This document shows, piece after piece, positions 8,519 to 19,302 of a stretch of DNA of 64,000 nt. The position numbers and the translations under genes were made by a program. Positions within the stretch are counted from its first letter, which is position 1. Each line of letters begins with the position of its first letter. The DNA is from Bdellovibrionales bacterium (lineage in GTDB: Bacteria > Bdellovibrionota > UBA1018 > CAIMNF01). A model generated the notes under the pieces. It was not told the origin of the DNA. It saw only the letters and a list, made by a program, of their open reading frames with translations, and searched no databases. The stretch lies in NCBI GenBank assembly GCA_947372355.1, contig CANBTI010000006.1, positions 354 to 64,353 on the forward strand, in the 5' to 3' direction.

Positions 8519-9309
8519 AATTAAAGATGAGGAATCTCATTTTTTTGATTTCACTCTTATTGCCAAGCATTTCTTATGCTGGCTTTAGTATTTTAGATCC
8601 AACAAATTTAAATGGTTTGTTACCCAGTAATGTTGCTGATGCTGCAATCAAAACATTTGGGATTGCATTTGTTCATCGTCCTTATGATGGCGCTACTTCC
8701 CTATTTCAAACTAATTCTTTAGATTTTAAAATTGAAGTGACGATGATCAAGATTGGGGACGCCCTCAATAATGCACTGGTGGCCAATGGGATGAGCACCA
8801 ATACCACGGCCAACACCATCGCATTGCCAATTGCAAAAATCCACTTGCGTAAAGCTTTTAGTCCTAACTTTGATGCAGGAGTTTCAGCGATTTACTACTC
8901 TGGCCAACATGCAATCGGCACTGATTTAAAAATTGTACTCAGCAATCCCGAAGAAGGAATCACCACCGCCATACGTATTGGCTATTCTTATGCAACTGCA
9001 CCGTTTTTATATCTTAAAAGTTTAAGCGTAATTTCTCCCGAATTTGTGATGTCTCGAAAGTTGAGTTTTGCTGAGCCCTACTTAGGGGTTGGGGGTAGAT
9101 ACATCACCGGCACTATTGAAGTTCCATTTAAAATAGATCCACTCCCAGCCTTTTCATTAGAAAAAGCAGGATCAGGCATCACCGCCTATGCCTATACAGG
9201 AGTTAACTTTCAAATCCTTGGTGCAACCGGCTTCCGTTTAGGAATGGAAGGCACTTACGATATTTCCGGTTTTAGCTCACTAGGAACTGTTTTTGGAATT
9301 GGCTTCTAA
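8515..9309 (+). CDS. Hypothetical outer-membrane protein
   Basis: Signal peptide, beta-barrel-like C-terminal half, ends in F. Confidence 0.6.
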   Translation: MKLKMRNLIFLISLLLPSISYAGFSILDPTNLNGLLPSNVADAAIKTFGIAFVHRPYDGATSLFQTNSLDFKIEVTMIKIGDALNNALVANGMSTNTTANTIALPIAKIHLRKAFSPNFDAGVSAIYYSGQHAIGTDLKIVLSNPEEGITTAIRIGYSYATAPFLYLKSLSVISPEFVMSRKLSFAEPYLGVGGRYITGTIEVPFKIDPLPAFSLEKAGSGITAYAYTGVNFQILGATGFRLGMEGTYDISGFSSLGTVFGIGF

Positions 9310-11927
9310 AGAACGAGTTCAAGTACGGTATTTACCAATAAGATTGCTTCATTTCGTACATTCTTCACTAAGTGTAACTCCGTATAAGTTTGGCGATGAG
9401 CTGCAGGATTTCTAAGATCCTGAAGGGTCATTAATCTCTTAGCAATCGAAATGCATTTATCATTCATCGCCACCGCATCTAATTGAGTGCTCATCGGTAA
9501 CAAAGGCGTTCCCTGAATTTGAGGAATTTTACGAGCAAAGATGAGAAAAATTACAGCCCATGCACGCAATCCATCAAACACCTTGAATCGATCCTGCATA
9601 ATCTTCCCATTAAAAAAAGTAGCACACATGAGTTTTGCTTTATGGAGTGGAAATCCCTCAGGAGTCACTTTTCCCTTTAGTCCTAAAACAGTGAGTACTT
9701 TTTCGGCTGGAGGATAATCCTCAGAAAAACCAACATTGTGCCAAAGAGTTTGAAAATCATGCAATCGCTGATCTAAACGTGGAAATAAATACTTTTGTCC
9801 GAGATGTCGCTCTAAAATTAAATCCAGAGCCTTACAATATTCCAAAACAGTGGGTGCTTTATCCACGGGAAGATTTTGGAGATCTTGGGATTGATGAAAA
9901 GGTTGTTCTGCCGCACGAAGTGCCGATTGAACGGTAGGATCTAATTTGCCAAAAAGTGGAATCACTTCTAAAAGTTTTTTATCCAGTTCCTTAAGTGCGT
10001 CTTGTCCGATCGTGTTCACCGCCTCTGCATTTGCTAAGGATTTAGTGTCTAAAATCAAACGATCCCGTAAACTCACTAATTTTTCCCATTGAGGATGATC
10101 AGGATTTTTTTCTAAGATATCTTCAATCGATTTAACAAAACCTTCCCCCCCTTTTTTGAGAGGATCAAAACAACGATAAATTTTATCTAAAATTTCTTCA
10201 TTGAGTAGATTTTGTTTTAAATAATCAATCACAGCTTGTTTGGCTTTTAAATTCTGATGTGCGCAAAGTGCATCCAGAGCTCGGCCTCGTAAAATTTCAG
10301 ACGGAGATTTGAGGAATGGGATGAGCGATTCACTAGTTTCCGGTGATTGATCAAAATTCTTGAGCGCAATTATAGCATTGAGCACAACCGGTTCATGCTC
10401 ATGGCTCAATTGTTTCACCAAATATGGCTCATTGAGTTTCACATGACCAAGAATTCGAACCACACCCACTCTAAACTCTACATTGAAGTGTTCATAATAA
10501 CTTTTTAAGATCGTTTCAAAATCCTTAACCCAGTACCCACCAGAAGCGTAAATATCAATGATCGATAACACTCTTTGCCCTAGTGTTTCGGATTCCTGTT
10601 GAGTGAGAGATAAAAGCGAACTCGCTAAAATAGCGGCTGGAACTCGTGCAGAATGTTTTTCAAGGTACAAAAGCAATGAACCACGAAGTGGAACTTTTTT
10701 GAAATCCATTTCAAAATTTTTGAGAATGGAAGGAACATCTACACCCAATTCAGCACATGCACGAATCAAACGAGCATAAACTTGAGGTGAAATTCCCGCT
10801 TGAATCCAAGACTCTACTTTTTTAGAAATCTCATCCCGATTTGAATTGAGCAATCTCCCATTCAAATCATCATTCCACCCATTGATCCAACGAATGGCCA
10901 TCTCATCACTAGAGTTTTTAAGATAAGATAATGCTTCTTTTTCAAATGAACCGTTTACTTCTAACCACTTCAATCGAACTTCAGGCGAAAGCGTTGAAGG
11001 TTGAATTACTTTTTCTAATTTTTCGTGGAGTGAAGTTGAAATCCCTAGATCACGAAAAGCCTCAAACAAAATGTAGTAATTTTCGGCAATACCAGAATCT
11101 TTAACCGTTTGTGCAATTTCGAGTAAATACTGATCTCGACGTAAAAAAGAAACACCACGTAGAGCAAATAAAAACCTTTTCCAATCTTTAGAGGTAGAAA
11201 AAATACTAAGACCAAGAGCAACCTCTTCAGGATCAAAAGAATGTAACTCTAGTGGCAAAACAGGATGAGGATCGGTAAGGGTAAAGATTTTATTTAAATA
11301 ATCTTCTAACTTAAACTGACTTCGAATTTGAACTTGCGACAATGCACTTTGATAAACTTGAGAAAGCAATCCGTCTTCTAATAATCTAGATTCGTAGCGC
11401 CCAATGGCCTGTTGAATCTCCTGTGGATAGCGAGATAATCTTCCTAATGAAAATAAACCTGCAAATAGCAGATCATTACTCAATTTAATTTTGGAATGTT
11501 GAAATAAATCAATCAACTTGGGTAATGCAGAAAAAGCTTTCAGCTCCCCTAACGATAACAGGATATTTCTCAACCAAGACCAATCTTGTTTTAAGAATGC
11601 TTCATCCCAATCTTTAATCAATCGATCGGTGGAAGCAAGATCTTGAACCACTCCTAAAGCGTGCGCTAAAGAAGATTTCAGTGTTTCAGGTGCGGTTGGA
11701 TAGAAGTTCCTGAGAAAAGTTCGCGCAGAGATACTCTTTCTACGAGCTAATGCTGAAATTGCAAATTGTTGCTCAGCAAGATCTTCAGGATTTTGAACTA
11801 TTTGAGTCAGAAAGTGAAAAGAACGAGCGTCCTGAAAATCCCCCATTTGGCGAAGGACTTCTAAGCGCGTAGTTCTCCACTCGCTTTCATGATATTGCCT
11901 GATAAACTCCCGCGGTTCGCGAGTCAT
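9306..11927 (-). CDS. HEAT-repeat protein with a C-terminal HEPN-like motif
   Basis: Repeated helical HEAT-like units (LRGRALDAL, VLNAIIALK); C-terminal LQDLRNPAAH. Confidence 0.65.
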   Translation of the reverse strand: MTREPREFIRQYHESEWRTTRLEVLRQMGDFQDARSFHFLTQIVQNPEDLAEQQFAISALARRKSISARTFLRNFYPTAPETLKSSLAHALGVVQDLASTDRLIKDWDEAFLKQDWSWLRNILLSLGELKAFSALPKLIDLFQHSKIKLSNDLLFAGLFSLGRLSRYPQEIQQAIGRYESRLLEDGLLSQVYQSALSQVQIRSQFKLEDYLNKIFTLTDPHPVLPLELHSFDPEEVALGLSIFSTSKDWKRFLFALRGVSFLRRDQYLLEIAQTVKDSGIAENYYILFEAFRDLGISTSLHEKLEKVIQPSTLSPEVRLKWLEVNGSFEKEALSYLKNSSDEMAIRWINGWNDDLNGRLLNSNRDEISKKVESWIQAGISPQVYARLIRACAELGVDVPSILKNFEMDFKKVPLRGSLLLYLEKHSARVPAAILASSLLSLTQQESETLGQRVLSIIDIYASGGYWVKDFETILKSYYEHFNVEFRVGVVRILGHVKLNEPYLVKQLSHEHEPVVLNAIIALKNFDQSPETSESLIPFLKSPSEILRGRALDALCAHQNLKAKQAVIDYLKQNLLNEEILDKIYRCFDPLKKGGEGFVKSIEDILEKNPDHPQWEKLVSLRDRLILDTKSLANAEAVNTIGQDALKELDKKLLEVIPLFGKLDPTVQSALRAAEQPFHQSQDLQNLPVDKAPTVLEYCKALDLILERHLGQKYLFPRLDQRLHDFQTLWHNVGFSEDYPPAEKVLTVLGLKGKVTPEGFPLHKAKLMCATFFNGKIMQDRFKVFDGLRAWAVIFLIFARKIPQIQGTPLLPMSTQLDAVAMNDKCISIAKRLMTLQDLRNPAAHRQTYTELHLVKNVRNEAILLVNTVLELVL

Positions 11928-11933
11928 TTAGGC

Positions 11934-12257
11934 CTAGGCTTTCTTTTGCTTAACAGAATAAGAACGACACCAGCCAGTTACTGCAACTTCACCTGATGGA
12001 ATGAGTTGGCACTTGCCAGTTTTAGCTTTTGCGTCACCTTGAAAAAATTGGCAGCTTCCGCAGTTCGCTTTAGCATCTTTACGATCTTTTGAATCTTTTG
12101 CATTTGCAACATAACCAAGGGCTTTTACCAATGGATCATCACCTTTTACTGGTTCAGAAAAAGCAGATTGAATTTTAAGTACTGGAGCAACCAATAAAGC
12201 TGCTGCACTTAAGGCAAGAGTCTTCATAAAAAAACGACGAGAATTTGAATTTTTCAT
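11934..12257 (-). CDS. High-potential iron-sulfur protein (HiPIP), Tat-exported
   Basis: SRRFFMK Tat motif; ALGY, CGSCQFF...C...GWC. Confidence 0.92.
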   Translation of the reverse strand: MKNSNSRRFFMKTLALSAAALLVAPVLKIQSAFSEPVKGDDPLVKALGYVANAKDSKDRKDAKANCGSCQFFQGDAKAKTGKCQLIPSGEVAVTGWCRSYSVKQKKA

Positions 12258-12343
12258 ACTTTCATTATCGAGTGTGGCGAGAAGAAAATCAATATAAAAT
12301 ACGCCATTGCTTTAGTCTCCAATGTCAGACACAATTATGGCGA

Positions 12344-15300
12344 ATGAAACTCCCCTCACTGCAAGAGCTTAAACGACTTGGCCAAGCTGCGTTAAAAAAA
12401 GGACTCGATCCATCTGCCCTAGAGCGCGGCTTACAATATTTGCGCGATGGAGGCTTTGATAGTTTTGAATTAGCGACACTTGGAACTAAAGGTTATCTAC
12501 TTGAGTTTAAACTCGACGAAGTCACAAAAACTAAAATTGAAATGAGTCATGCCGGACAACCTCTCTACTCAGAGTGTGATTGCTCTATGTCTGGTTACGG
12601 AATTTTTTGTAAACACCAAGCCTTAGCTACATGGGTGGTTACCATTCTGGCTTCACAAAAATATGATCTCACTCGTGTTCCAGAAGAAATTTATGAGAAA
12701 ATTAAAACTTTTGGAGATGAATTTTCAAAACTAAAAAATGTAGTTGCCCCTGCTCCTGAATCACAAGGAGCAAGCGTTCATCACCACTCCTCAAATGAAA
12801 AGCCCCAACATTTCTTAGGCCATTTTGAAGCATTAATCTTTTGTTACCCCCATCAACCAATCAGTGGTGACGAACTTGCCATTGAACCTAAATTTTCAAT
12901 CACCTTAGAAAAAGCTCCATCCCATCAAGATTTTTTACTGCCTGATCTTGCCATTCCATTCTTACGTGAATCGGATTTACCGCATCCACTTTGGAGATCA
13001 CCTAAATCATTCCGTGGAACCACGAACAACCTTTTTCAAAATCCTTATGAAATTCTAAGGAAAAAAAGCATTTATTATCTTTTCTCCGATCACACACGCA
13101 TTCCAGTCTCTGAAATTCTTTTTCATCCTTACTGCAATGCTGTTCCATCCGAATTACTTCCCACATCAGCTCGTTTGGGAGATCAAGATGCAACCACTTT
13201 AATTCAACCCAGAAGACTTCGTTTTTTTCCTGCCTCTAAAGATTTACCTGTTTGGGATCTTCATGCGGATCGAAAACTAGATGCGATTTTACTTGGAGTT
13301 ACCGAAGAAGCGATTAAATTAAATAAACGCGGAAAATTAAAAATCTATTTTTCTAATTCTGAAAAATTAGAATCTCAAGATTTAGCCGATGAGCTCACTA
13401 CTTTTGAACTTCAACCCCCTGCTCACTTGAAATCCGGCTATTATTTCAAAATCATTCCTAACAATACTCAAGATTTTGAAGTGGAAGCATCCGTACACTT
13501 TCATCCTGATTGGATTTGGTATCCAACCTGTGCTTATAATCCAAAAAGTAATCAGGCCTTTTTGCATCCTTACCATCATTGGCTGGATCATTATCCAACC
13601 AAAGTAGTTCTCAGTAGTCATGGAGCATTTGAATCTTTATTTGAACGAATTCAATCTGAATTTCAAACTCAATTGAATGAAATCCACACAGATCCAAGAT
13701 TTGAATTTTTGAAAAAAGAATCATTCACTCCTCATATCAGAGTGTTTTCAAATGGAACTTTTTCAGTTGAGCATGATTTTGATTTTGCAAAAGTAGATGG
13801 AATGCCCCTTCCTATACTCAAACAACTTCAGATCCTTTCTCTTGGGCTAAAGGCTTGGGATGAAAACCTGAGTGAAGAAATGTTTGTCATCAAAAAACAA
13901 GCCAAACGCGCCAATGATTTAAGATTACTCAGGCACATTGGTATTGCTGCAATGGTTTTTCAAGAATCCATTCGATATTTCATCAAAGCAGATAAACCTT
14001 TTCCACAATTCTTTGATCAAATTAAACTAAAAGTTGCCCATTTACTCAATAAGCTCGAAGGCGCTCCCAGCTCACAAAATATTACTCTTGAAATATTTTG
14101 TTCAAAACCGGCAATTGAATATTTAGAAACCTATATTCTTGATTTAAAAAAATTATCAGAGGAAAAACTTTTCCCACTTCTCACTGGTTCAGATACCGAT
14201 CGAGAACCCCATAGCGCTCTCGTGAGTGGCGTTTACTCATTTTATCTTAAAATGATTTATGCTTGGATTTCGTTAGCACAATCTCAATCTCAAGGTGCGA
14301 TCTTACTTAAAACCAAAGATGGCGTAATTCAAAATCCTGTTTTTGAAAATCCAACCAAGATTAAAGATCTTCAAATTCTTAAACCAACTGAAGAAGTTGC
14401 ACTTCATCCATTAAAATGGATCTTTACTAAAAAAGAATCGAATGCGGAAACACTCATTCGCGCATTCTTACCCCTTCAAAATGAAGGTGCCATTCTATCT
14501 CTAGATGATCAGCCTATTGAAGAGCTTCATGATGAAGATTTCATTTCTGAATTTGTCTTGGAAGAAACTCCAGATCAACATGGTCGAATTGATTGGTTTG
14601 AGCTTCATCCAAAATTCTTTTTTAAAGGAACCGAAATTTCAGAAGAAGCAGCAAAAAAACTTTCTGATACGGGGATGATTACCTTTCAAGGTAAAATTTA
14701 CCGTTTGAATCAAGGAACCATTCCATCCCTAGAAAAACTCACTCATTTCTGGGATCAATTGGCTGCTACTCAAGGATCTAAGCGTGGAAACAAAAAGCAA
14801 GATCGCATTTACCGTCTTTCTAAACATTACACTCTTGAACTTCTCGCACTTCGCTCTACCGGCGTAAAAGTAAAAGGTGGCCCGATCTGGGATCAAATTT
14901 GCCAATTTTACGATGGATTAGGAAGCGAACGTGAACCACTTCCTATGCCAAAGAATTTTAAGGGAGATTTAAAGCCCTATCAAAGTCGAGGCGTACAATG
15001 GATCAATGATCTTTATCGTTTGGGAATGGGTGGAATTCTTGCCGATGATATGGGTCTAGGTAAAACCGTACAAACTCTCGTTTTTATCGAAAGTTTACGA
15101 GATGCAAATGATCTAGGTCATGCTTTAATTGCTGTTCCCACTTCACTCACTTACAACTGGTTTAGTGAGGCGAAAAAATTTACACCTGATCTTCCCATTC
15201 ATATTTTTAACTCAAAAGAAATCGCAGAAACTAAAGATTTCTTGGCCAAAAATCCTCATTGCATTTTAATCACTACCTACGGATTGATGGCTGAACATGA

Positions 15301-16387
15301 AGGGTTTTTCTCCGATGTTCGTTGGAATATGCACATTTATGATGAAGCACAAAATCTAAAAACGATCACTGCAAAGAGAACTACTGTTTCAAGAAAAATC
15401 CCAGCTCGTTTCAAACTTTGCCTCACCGGTACGCCATTAGAAAATCACATGGGTGAATTTTATTCTTTGATGGATTTAGTGGTGCCTGGATCGCTAGGGC
15501 CTTTTGATCAATTCAGAAAAACTTACATGCAATCCTACGCGCCGGATCCTGAACGAATCCAGTTTTTAAAATTAAAAACAAAACCGCTAGTTTTGCGTAG
15601 AACTAAATCTTCAATCTTAAAAGAACTTCCTCCTAAAACAGAAAGTACGATTAAAATTCCATTTTCTGAGAAACAATTGGCTATTTATCGTGATATCGCG
15701 CTTTCTTGGAATTCAAGAGTTCGCCAAGCGATCACTGAAAATGGAGAAACCAAGAGCCAGTTGATCATGCTCACGGCGCTTCTTCGTTTACGCCAAGTGT
15801 GTTCAGCTCCTAGCGCGATTCCAAATGTGAACTACACAGAAATTCCACCAAAAATTTCTCTCTTGGTAGATAACTTAAAGGGCATTGTTGAAACCGGTGA
15901 AAGCGCACTCGTATTCACTCAGTTCTTAGGAACCTTTGATCTACTCGCAAAAGAAATGAAAAAGGCCGGAATTCCATTTTTCTCTCTTCACGGTAAAGTG
16001 AGCCGTAAAGATCGTGAAGTGGCATTACAAAATTTCCAAGATCACAAAACTGGTGGCGTGATGCTCATGACCCTAAAAACCGGGGGTGTGGGTTTGAATC
16101 TAACGAAAGCAAGTTATGTGTTCCATCTTGAACCATGGTGGAATCCAGCGGTTGAAAATCAAGCAACAGATCGTACGCATCGAATCGGGCAAACTAAACC
16201 AGTTCAAGTGTATCGCTACATCATGAGTGAATCGGTGGAAGAAAAAATCGAAGTGCTGAAGAGTCGTAAATCTTCACAGTTCAATGCTCTATTCTCTGAA
16301 GATGAAAGTGCGCTAGAAGCAAAAATTGCAGAAGCCGGCGGACCATCCCTCTCGCAGAAAGATTTTGAATACTTATTGGGAATTTAA
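12344..16387 (+). CDS. SNF2-family helicase with N-terminal SWIM zinc finger
   Basis: CDC...CKH SWIM, LADDMGLGKT, DEAQ, LTGTPLEN, WWNPAVENQATDR. ATG at 12344 preferred to the TTG at 12245, which overlaps HiPIP. Confidence 0.92.
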   Translation: MKLPSLQELKRLGQAALKKGLDPSALERGLQYLRDGGFDSFELATLGTKGYLLEFKLDEVTKTKIEMSHAGQPLYSECDCSMSGYGIFCKHQALATWVVTILASQKYDLTRVPEEIYEKIKTFGDEFSKLKNVVAPAPESQGASVHHHSSNEKPQHFLGHFEALIFCYPHQPISGDELAIEPKFSITLEKAPSHQDFLLPDLAIPFLRESDLPHPLWRSPKSFRGTTNNLFQNPYEILRKKSIYYLFSDHTRIPVSEILFHPYCNAVPSELLPTSARLGDQDATTLIQPRRLRFFPASKDLPVWDLHADRKLDAILLGVTEEAIKLNKRGKLKIYFSNSEKLESQDLADELTTFELQPPAHLKSGYYFKIIPNNTQDFEVEASVHFHPDWIWYPTCAYNPKSNQAFLHPYHHWLDHYPTKVVLSSHGAFESLFERIQSEFQTQLNEIHTDPRFEFLKKESFTPHIRVFSNGTFSVEHDFDFAKVDGMPLPILKQLQILSLGLKAWDENLSEEMFVIKKQAKRANDLRLLRHIGIAAMVFQESIRYFIKADKPFPQFFDQIKLKVAHLLNKLEGAPSSQNITLEIFCSKPAIEYLETYILDLKKLSEEKLFPLLTGSDTDREPHSALVSGVYSFYLKMIYAWISLAQSQSQGAILLKTKDGVIQNPVFENPTKIKDLQILKPTEEVALHPLKWIFTKKESNAETLIRAFLPLQNEGAILSLDDQPIEELHDEDFISEFVLEETPDQHGRIDWFELHPKFFFKGTEISEEAAKKLSDTGMITFQGKIYRLNQGTIPSLEKLTHFWDQLAATQGSKRGNKKQDRIYRLSKHYTLELLALRSTGVKVKGGPIWDQICQFYDGLGSEREPLPMPKNFKGDLKPYQSRGVQWINDLYRLGMGGILADDMGLGKTVQTLVFIESLRDANDLGHALIAVPTSLTYNWFSEAKKFTPDLPIHIFNSKEIAETKDFLAKNPHCILITTYGLMAEHEGFFSDVRWNMHIYDEAQNLKTITAKRTTVSRKIPARFKLCLTGTPLENHMGEFYSLMDLVVPGSLGPFDQFRKTYMQSYAPDPERIQFLKLKTKPLVLRRTKSSILKELPPKTESTIKIPFSEKQLAIYRDIALSWNSRVRQAITENGETKSQLIMLTALLRLRQVCSAPSAIPNVNYTEIPPKISLLVDNLKGIVETGESALVFTQFLGTFDLLAKEMKKAGIPFFSLHGKVSRKDREVALQNFQDHKTGGVMLMTLKTGGVGLNLTKASYVFHLEPWWNPAVENQATDRTHRIGQTKPVQVYRYIMSESVEEKIEVLKSRKSSQFNALFSEDESALEAKIAEAGGPSLSQKDFEYLLGI

Positions 16388-16393
16388 ACAAGC

Positions 16394-17347
16394 ATGAGTG
16401 AAACGATGAATGATCTTAAATTTTTTCTTGATCATCTCCGAGTTTCTAAAAATTCCTCTATTCATACCTTGTCTGCTTATGAGCGCGATTTAAAACAATT
16501 TGAAGTAGTTTTGATCTCGCGTAAAAAAAATCTCGTTTCGGCAAGTGAAAATGATATTCAGGCATATTTAAAAGATCTTCGTTCTAAAGAGCAAAAAACC
16601 ACATCAATTGCCCGTAAAATTTCGGCTATTCGCCAGTTCTATAAGTTTCTCATTCAAGAAAATCGAATTGAAGAAGATCCTTCCTTATTTATTGAATCTC
16701 CATCTGCTTCTAAAAAACTACCCAAAGCGATCTCTCCAGAAATCATTGAAAAAATTTTAGCGGTAGTAGATCAAGGTTCTCAGTATTTAATGGATGGTTC
16801 TGAAAAAGATGAAATCAAGATTCAGGCGCTTCGCTTAAGAGATCGAGCGATGGTTTATTTTTTATACGCCACTGGAGTACGCGTTTCTGAACTGATCAAT
16901 ATCCCACTTCAACACATGGATCTTGAAGCAGGATATGCCCGTGTGATGGGTAAACGAAAAAAAGAACGCGTGGTTCCTTTTGTTCCGATCGTCACCAAAT
17001 ATTTAAATGAATATTTAGAAACGGCTCGCCCGCATTTACTGGCAGCGAATCCAAATCAAAATTGTGAAACATTTTTTATAGGTCTCGGTGGTGAAGGACT
17101 CACCCGCCAAGGCTTTTGGAAAACGTTAAAAAAAATTGCCATCGCTGCCGGCTTAACTGAAAGCCTTCATCCCCACATGCTTCGGCATACCTTTGCTACT
17201 GATTTACTGAAATCGGGAATGGATCTCCGCTCACTTCAAATGTTACTGGGGCATGCCGATATGCAAACTACCCAGATTTACACCCACATTGCTCCTGATC
17301 ATTTACAAAATGTGATTAAAAAATATCATCCGAGGGGTGGAAAGTGA
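16394..17347 (+). CDS. xerD: Tyrosine recombinase XerD
   Basis: LYATGVRVSE, LTRQGFWK, HPHMLRHTFAT, QMLLGHADMQTTQIYTH, YHPRG. Confidence 0.9.
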   Translation: MSETMNDLKFFLDHLRVSKNSSIHTLSAYERDLKQFEVVLISRKKNLVSASENDIQAYLKDLRSKEQKTTSIARKISAIRQFYKFLIQENRIEEDPSLFIESPSASKKLPKAISPEIIEKILAVVDQGSQYLMDGSEKDEIKIQALRLRDRAMVYFLYATGVRVSELINIPLQHMDLEAGYARVMGKRKKERVVPFVPIVTKYLNEYLETARPHLLAANPNQNCETFFIGLGGEGLTRQGFWKTLKKIAIAAGLTESLHPHMLRHTFATDLLKSGMDLRSLQMLLGHADMQTTQIYTHIAPDHLQNVIKKYHPRGGK

Positions 17348-17378
17348 TTACTTTAAAATCCATGATGAGCGCATTGAT

Positions 17379-17768
17379 CTAGGAAGTACGAAGCATTTCA
17401 ATCTGCTGTAAAAGTGCACGTTTATATTGCAGAAATGACGGTGATTTCGATTCGTTCAGCAAAGTTTCTAACAAATTAGCAACGGCTAATTTGGATTGAC
17501 CTTGATCAAGTTGAGTCAATGATAAGAAAACTGAAAATTCAGGAGAATTAGGAAATTTTCTTTTAGCTTCATTTAGTGTACGAGCAGAATCCTCTAAACG
17601 TGAACACCATCTATAAGTACTTCCAAGTCCCAGTAAAAGGCCTTTTTGGTCGTCTAATGAAAGTGAATCAATCCCTTTCAAGGCTGACTCATATAATCCG
17701 AGTGCCTTCTCTTCATCCCCTGAGCTATCAGCACTTGATGCCTCATCGTATAGTTTTTTAGCGTTCAT
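17379..17768 (-). CDS. Tetratricopeptide-repeat protein
   Basis: ALGLYESAL...LLGLGSTYR TPR pattern. Confidence 0.75.
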   Translation of the reverse strand: MNAKKLYDEASSADSSGDEEKALGLYESALKGIDSLSLDDQKGLLLGLGSTYRWCSRLEDSARTLNEAKRKFPNSPEFSVFLSLTQLDQGQSKLAVANLLETLLNESKSPSFLQYKRALLQQIEMLRTS

Positions 17769-17800
17769 AAACCTAATTTTTCCTGCTCACGCTCTTGTCA

Positions 17801-18559
17801 CTATTTCTTCCGCTGAAAATACTTCTGATACTTCACCACAGGCGACATGGAACTGAGTAAACACCACAAAAAACCGTAAAACCCGTCTAATACGCCTAGT
17901 TTTACATAAAATAATTTGATGAAAGTAAATGGAAACGCTACCCACATTTTAAAACGACTGATGGGTTTTCCTCTGGCCATCAATTCATCTGCGGCCATGG
18001 AAGTGTAACGGTTGAATTTTCGAAAATAATCTTCCAGCGTTTGATAACTGTAATGATCAAGAGCTCCGTAAATAGAAGAACACTCACCAGAAGTGAGAAC
18101 CACTTGTTCATGAACTTTTGAAAAATTCACATTTCCGCGTCTACGATCAAATAATCTTAAAACCCAATCATGTTGAGTGCCCGCGTATCCTAGGCGTTTC
18201 TTTAAAAAGAAAAGAGGTCGGTGAATTTTATACCCAGAATATTGAGAATCTGCGGTGAGTTCTCCCTCACGCATCATCGCGGTAATTTCATCTTTCAGTT
18301 CTGGGGAAACCACTTCATCCGAATCCACGATGAAAACCCAATCGTAGGTTGCTTTTGAAACACCAAAATTTTTCTGTTCTCCAAAACCTTGATCTAAAGT
18401 TTTTTGAAAGATGCGAGCATCAAAACGTTCAGCAATGGCTAAAGTTGCATCTGTACTTCCTGAATCAAGAATTACAATTTCGGTACACCAAGTGAGCGAG
18501 TCTAAAACGCGCTCAAGCATATATTCTGAGTTATGGGTTAAAACCACGGCGCTAATCAT
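17801..18559 (-). CDS. GT2 glycosyltransferase (WaaE/KdtX-like)
   Basis: LDSGSTDAT, GFGEQKN, WVFIVDSDE, VHE motifs. Confidence 0.9.
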   Translation of the reverse strand: MISAVVLTHNSEYMLERVLDSLTWCTEIVILDSGSTDATLAIAERFDARIFQKTLDQGFGEQKNFGVSKATYDWVFIVDSDEVVSPELKDEITAMMREGELTADSQYSGYKIHRPLFFLKKRLGYAGTQHDWVLRLFDRRRGNVNFSKVHEQVVLTSGECSSIYGALDHYSYQTLEDYFRKFNRYTSMAADELMARGKPISRFKMWVAFPFTFIKLFYVKLGVLDGFYGFLWCLLSSMSPVVKYQKYFQRKK

Positions 18560-18630
18560 ATGTTTTCTATTCTATCATAATCAATCGCAAGGTTGATCAT
18601 ATAATGTAAATCATGATATCCATTTAAACT

Positions 18631-19302
18631 ATGGACGGATTACAAGAAGGCATTCAAAGATTAGGCTATCAATTTGTACCTTTTCTACTTGCTGTGGTGG
18701 GTCATGAATTTGGACACGGACTAATGGCCTATTATTGGGGCGATCACACCGCAAAAGAAAATGGACGACTCACTTTAAATCCAATTCCTCATCTAGATAT
18801 GGTGGGAACGATTATATTTCCCATCATCAATATGTTGAGTGGAATCAGTTTTCTGATTGGTTGGGCAAAGCCAGTGCCTATTGATCCACGCCGTTTTAGA
18901 AAGTACCGCCCAGGTTTATTCTGGGTGGCGATCGCTGGCCCGATGGCTAATTTCATCATGGCATTTTTCTGTGCCTTATTTCTTTGCGTGATGGTTCGAT
19001 TTGCTCAACCTGATTTTATTTTTTTTAAAGAATTCTCTGCCATGTTTCAAGTCGGAGTTTATCTTAATTTTGGGTTGGGAGTATTCAATCTCATCCCCCT
19101 TCCACCACTCGATGGAAGCAAAATCATTGAAAGTTTCTTGAGTTATTCCCAGATGCAGCAATATGAAAAATTAGGAAAATATAGTTTTTTCATTCTCATG
19201 GCACTCATGTTTTCGGGAGCATTAAAATATTTAAGTCCGCCGATTATTTTTATGAGTAATTTAACTTTAAATTTAGCAGCAACCATCGTTGGAGTGAATT
19301 GA
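18631..19302 (+). CDS. Site-2 protease (M50)
   Basis: HEFGH, GRLTLNP, AGP, FNLIPLPPLDG. Confidence 0.93.
   Translation: MDGLQEGIQRLGYQFVPFLLAVVGHEFGHGLMAYYWGDHTAKENGRLTLNPIPHLDMVGTIIFPIINMLSGISFLIGWAKPVPIDPRRFRKYRPGLFWVAIAGPMANFIMAFFCALFLCVMVRFAQPDFIFFKEFSAMFQVGVYLNFGLGVFNLIPLPPLDGSKIIESFLSYSQMQQYEKLGKYSFFILMALMFSGALKYLSPPIIFMSNLTLNLAATIVGVN

Noticed and set aside
16394-17347. Tyrosine recombinase as a possible prophage or integron integrase
   Set aside because: Motifs and housekeeping context fit chromosomal XerD; no att or attC sites seen.
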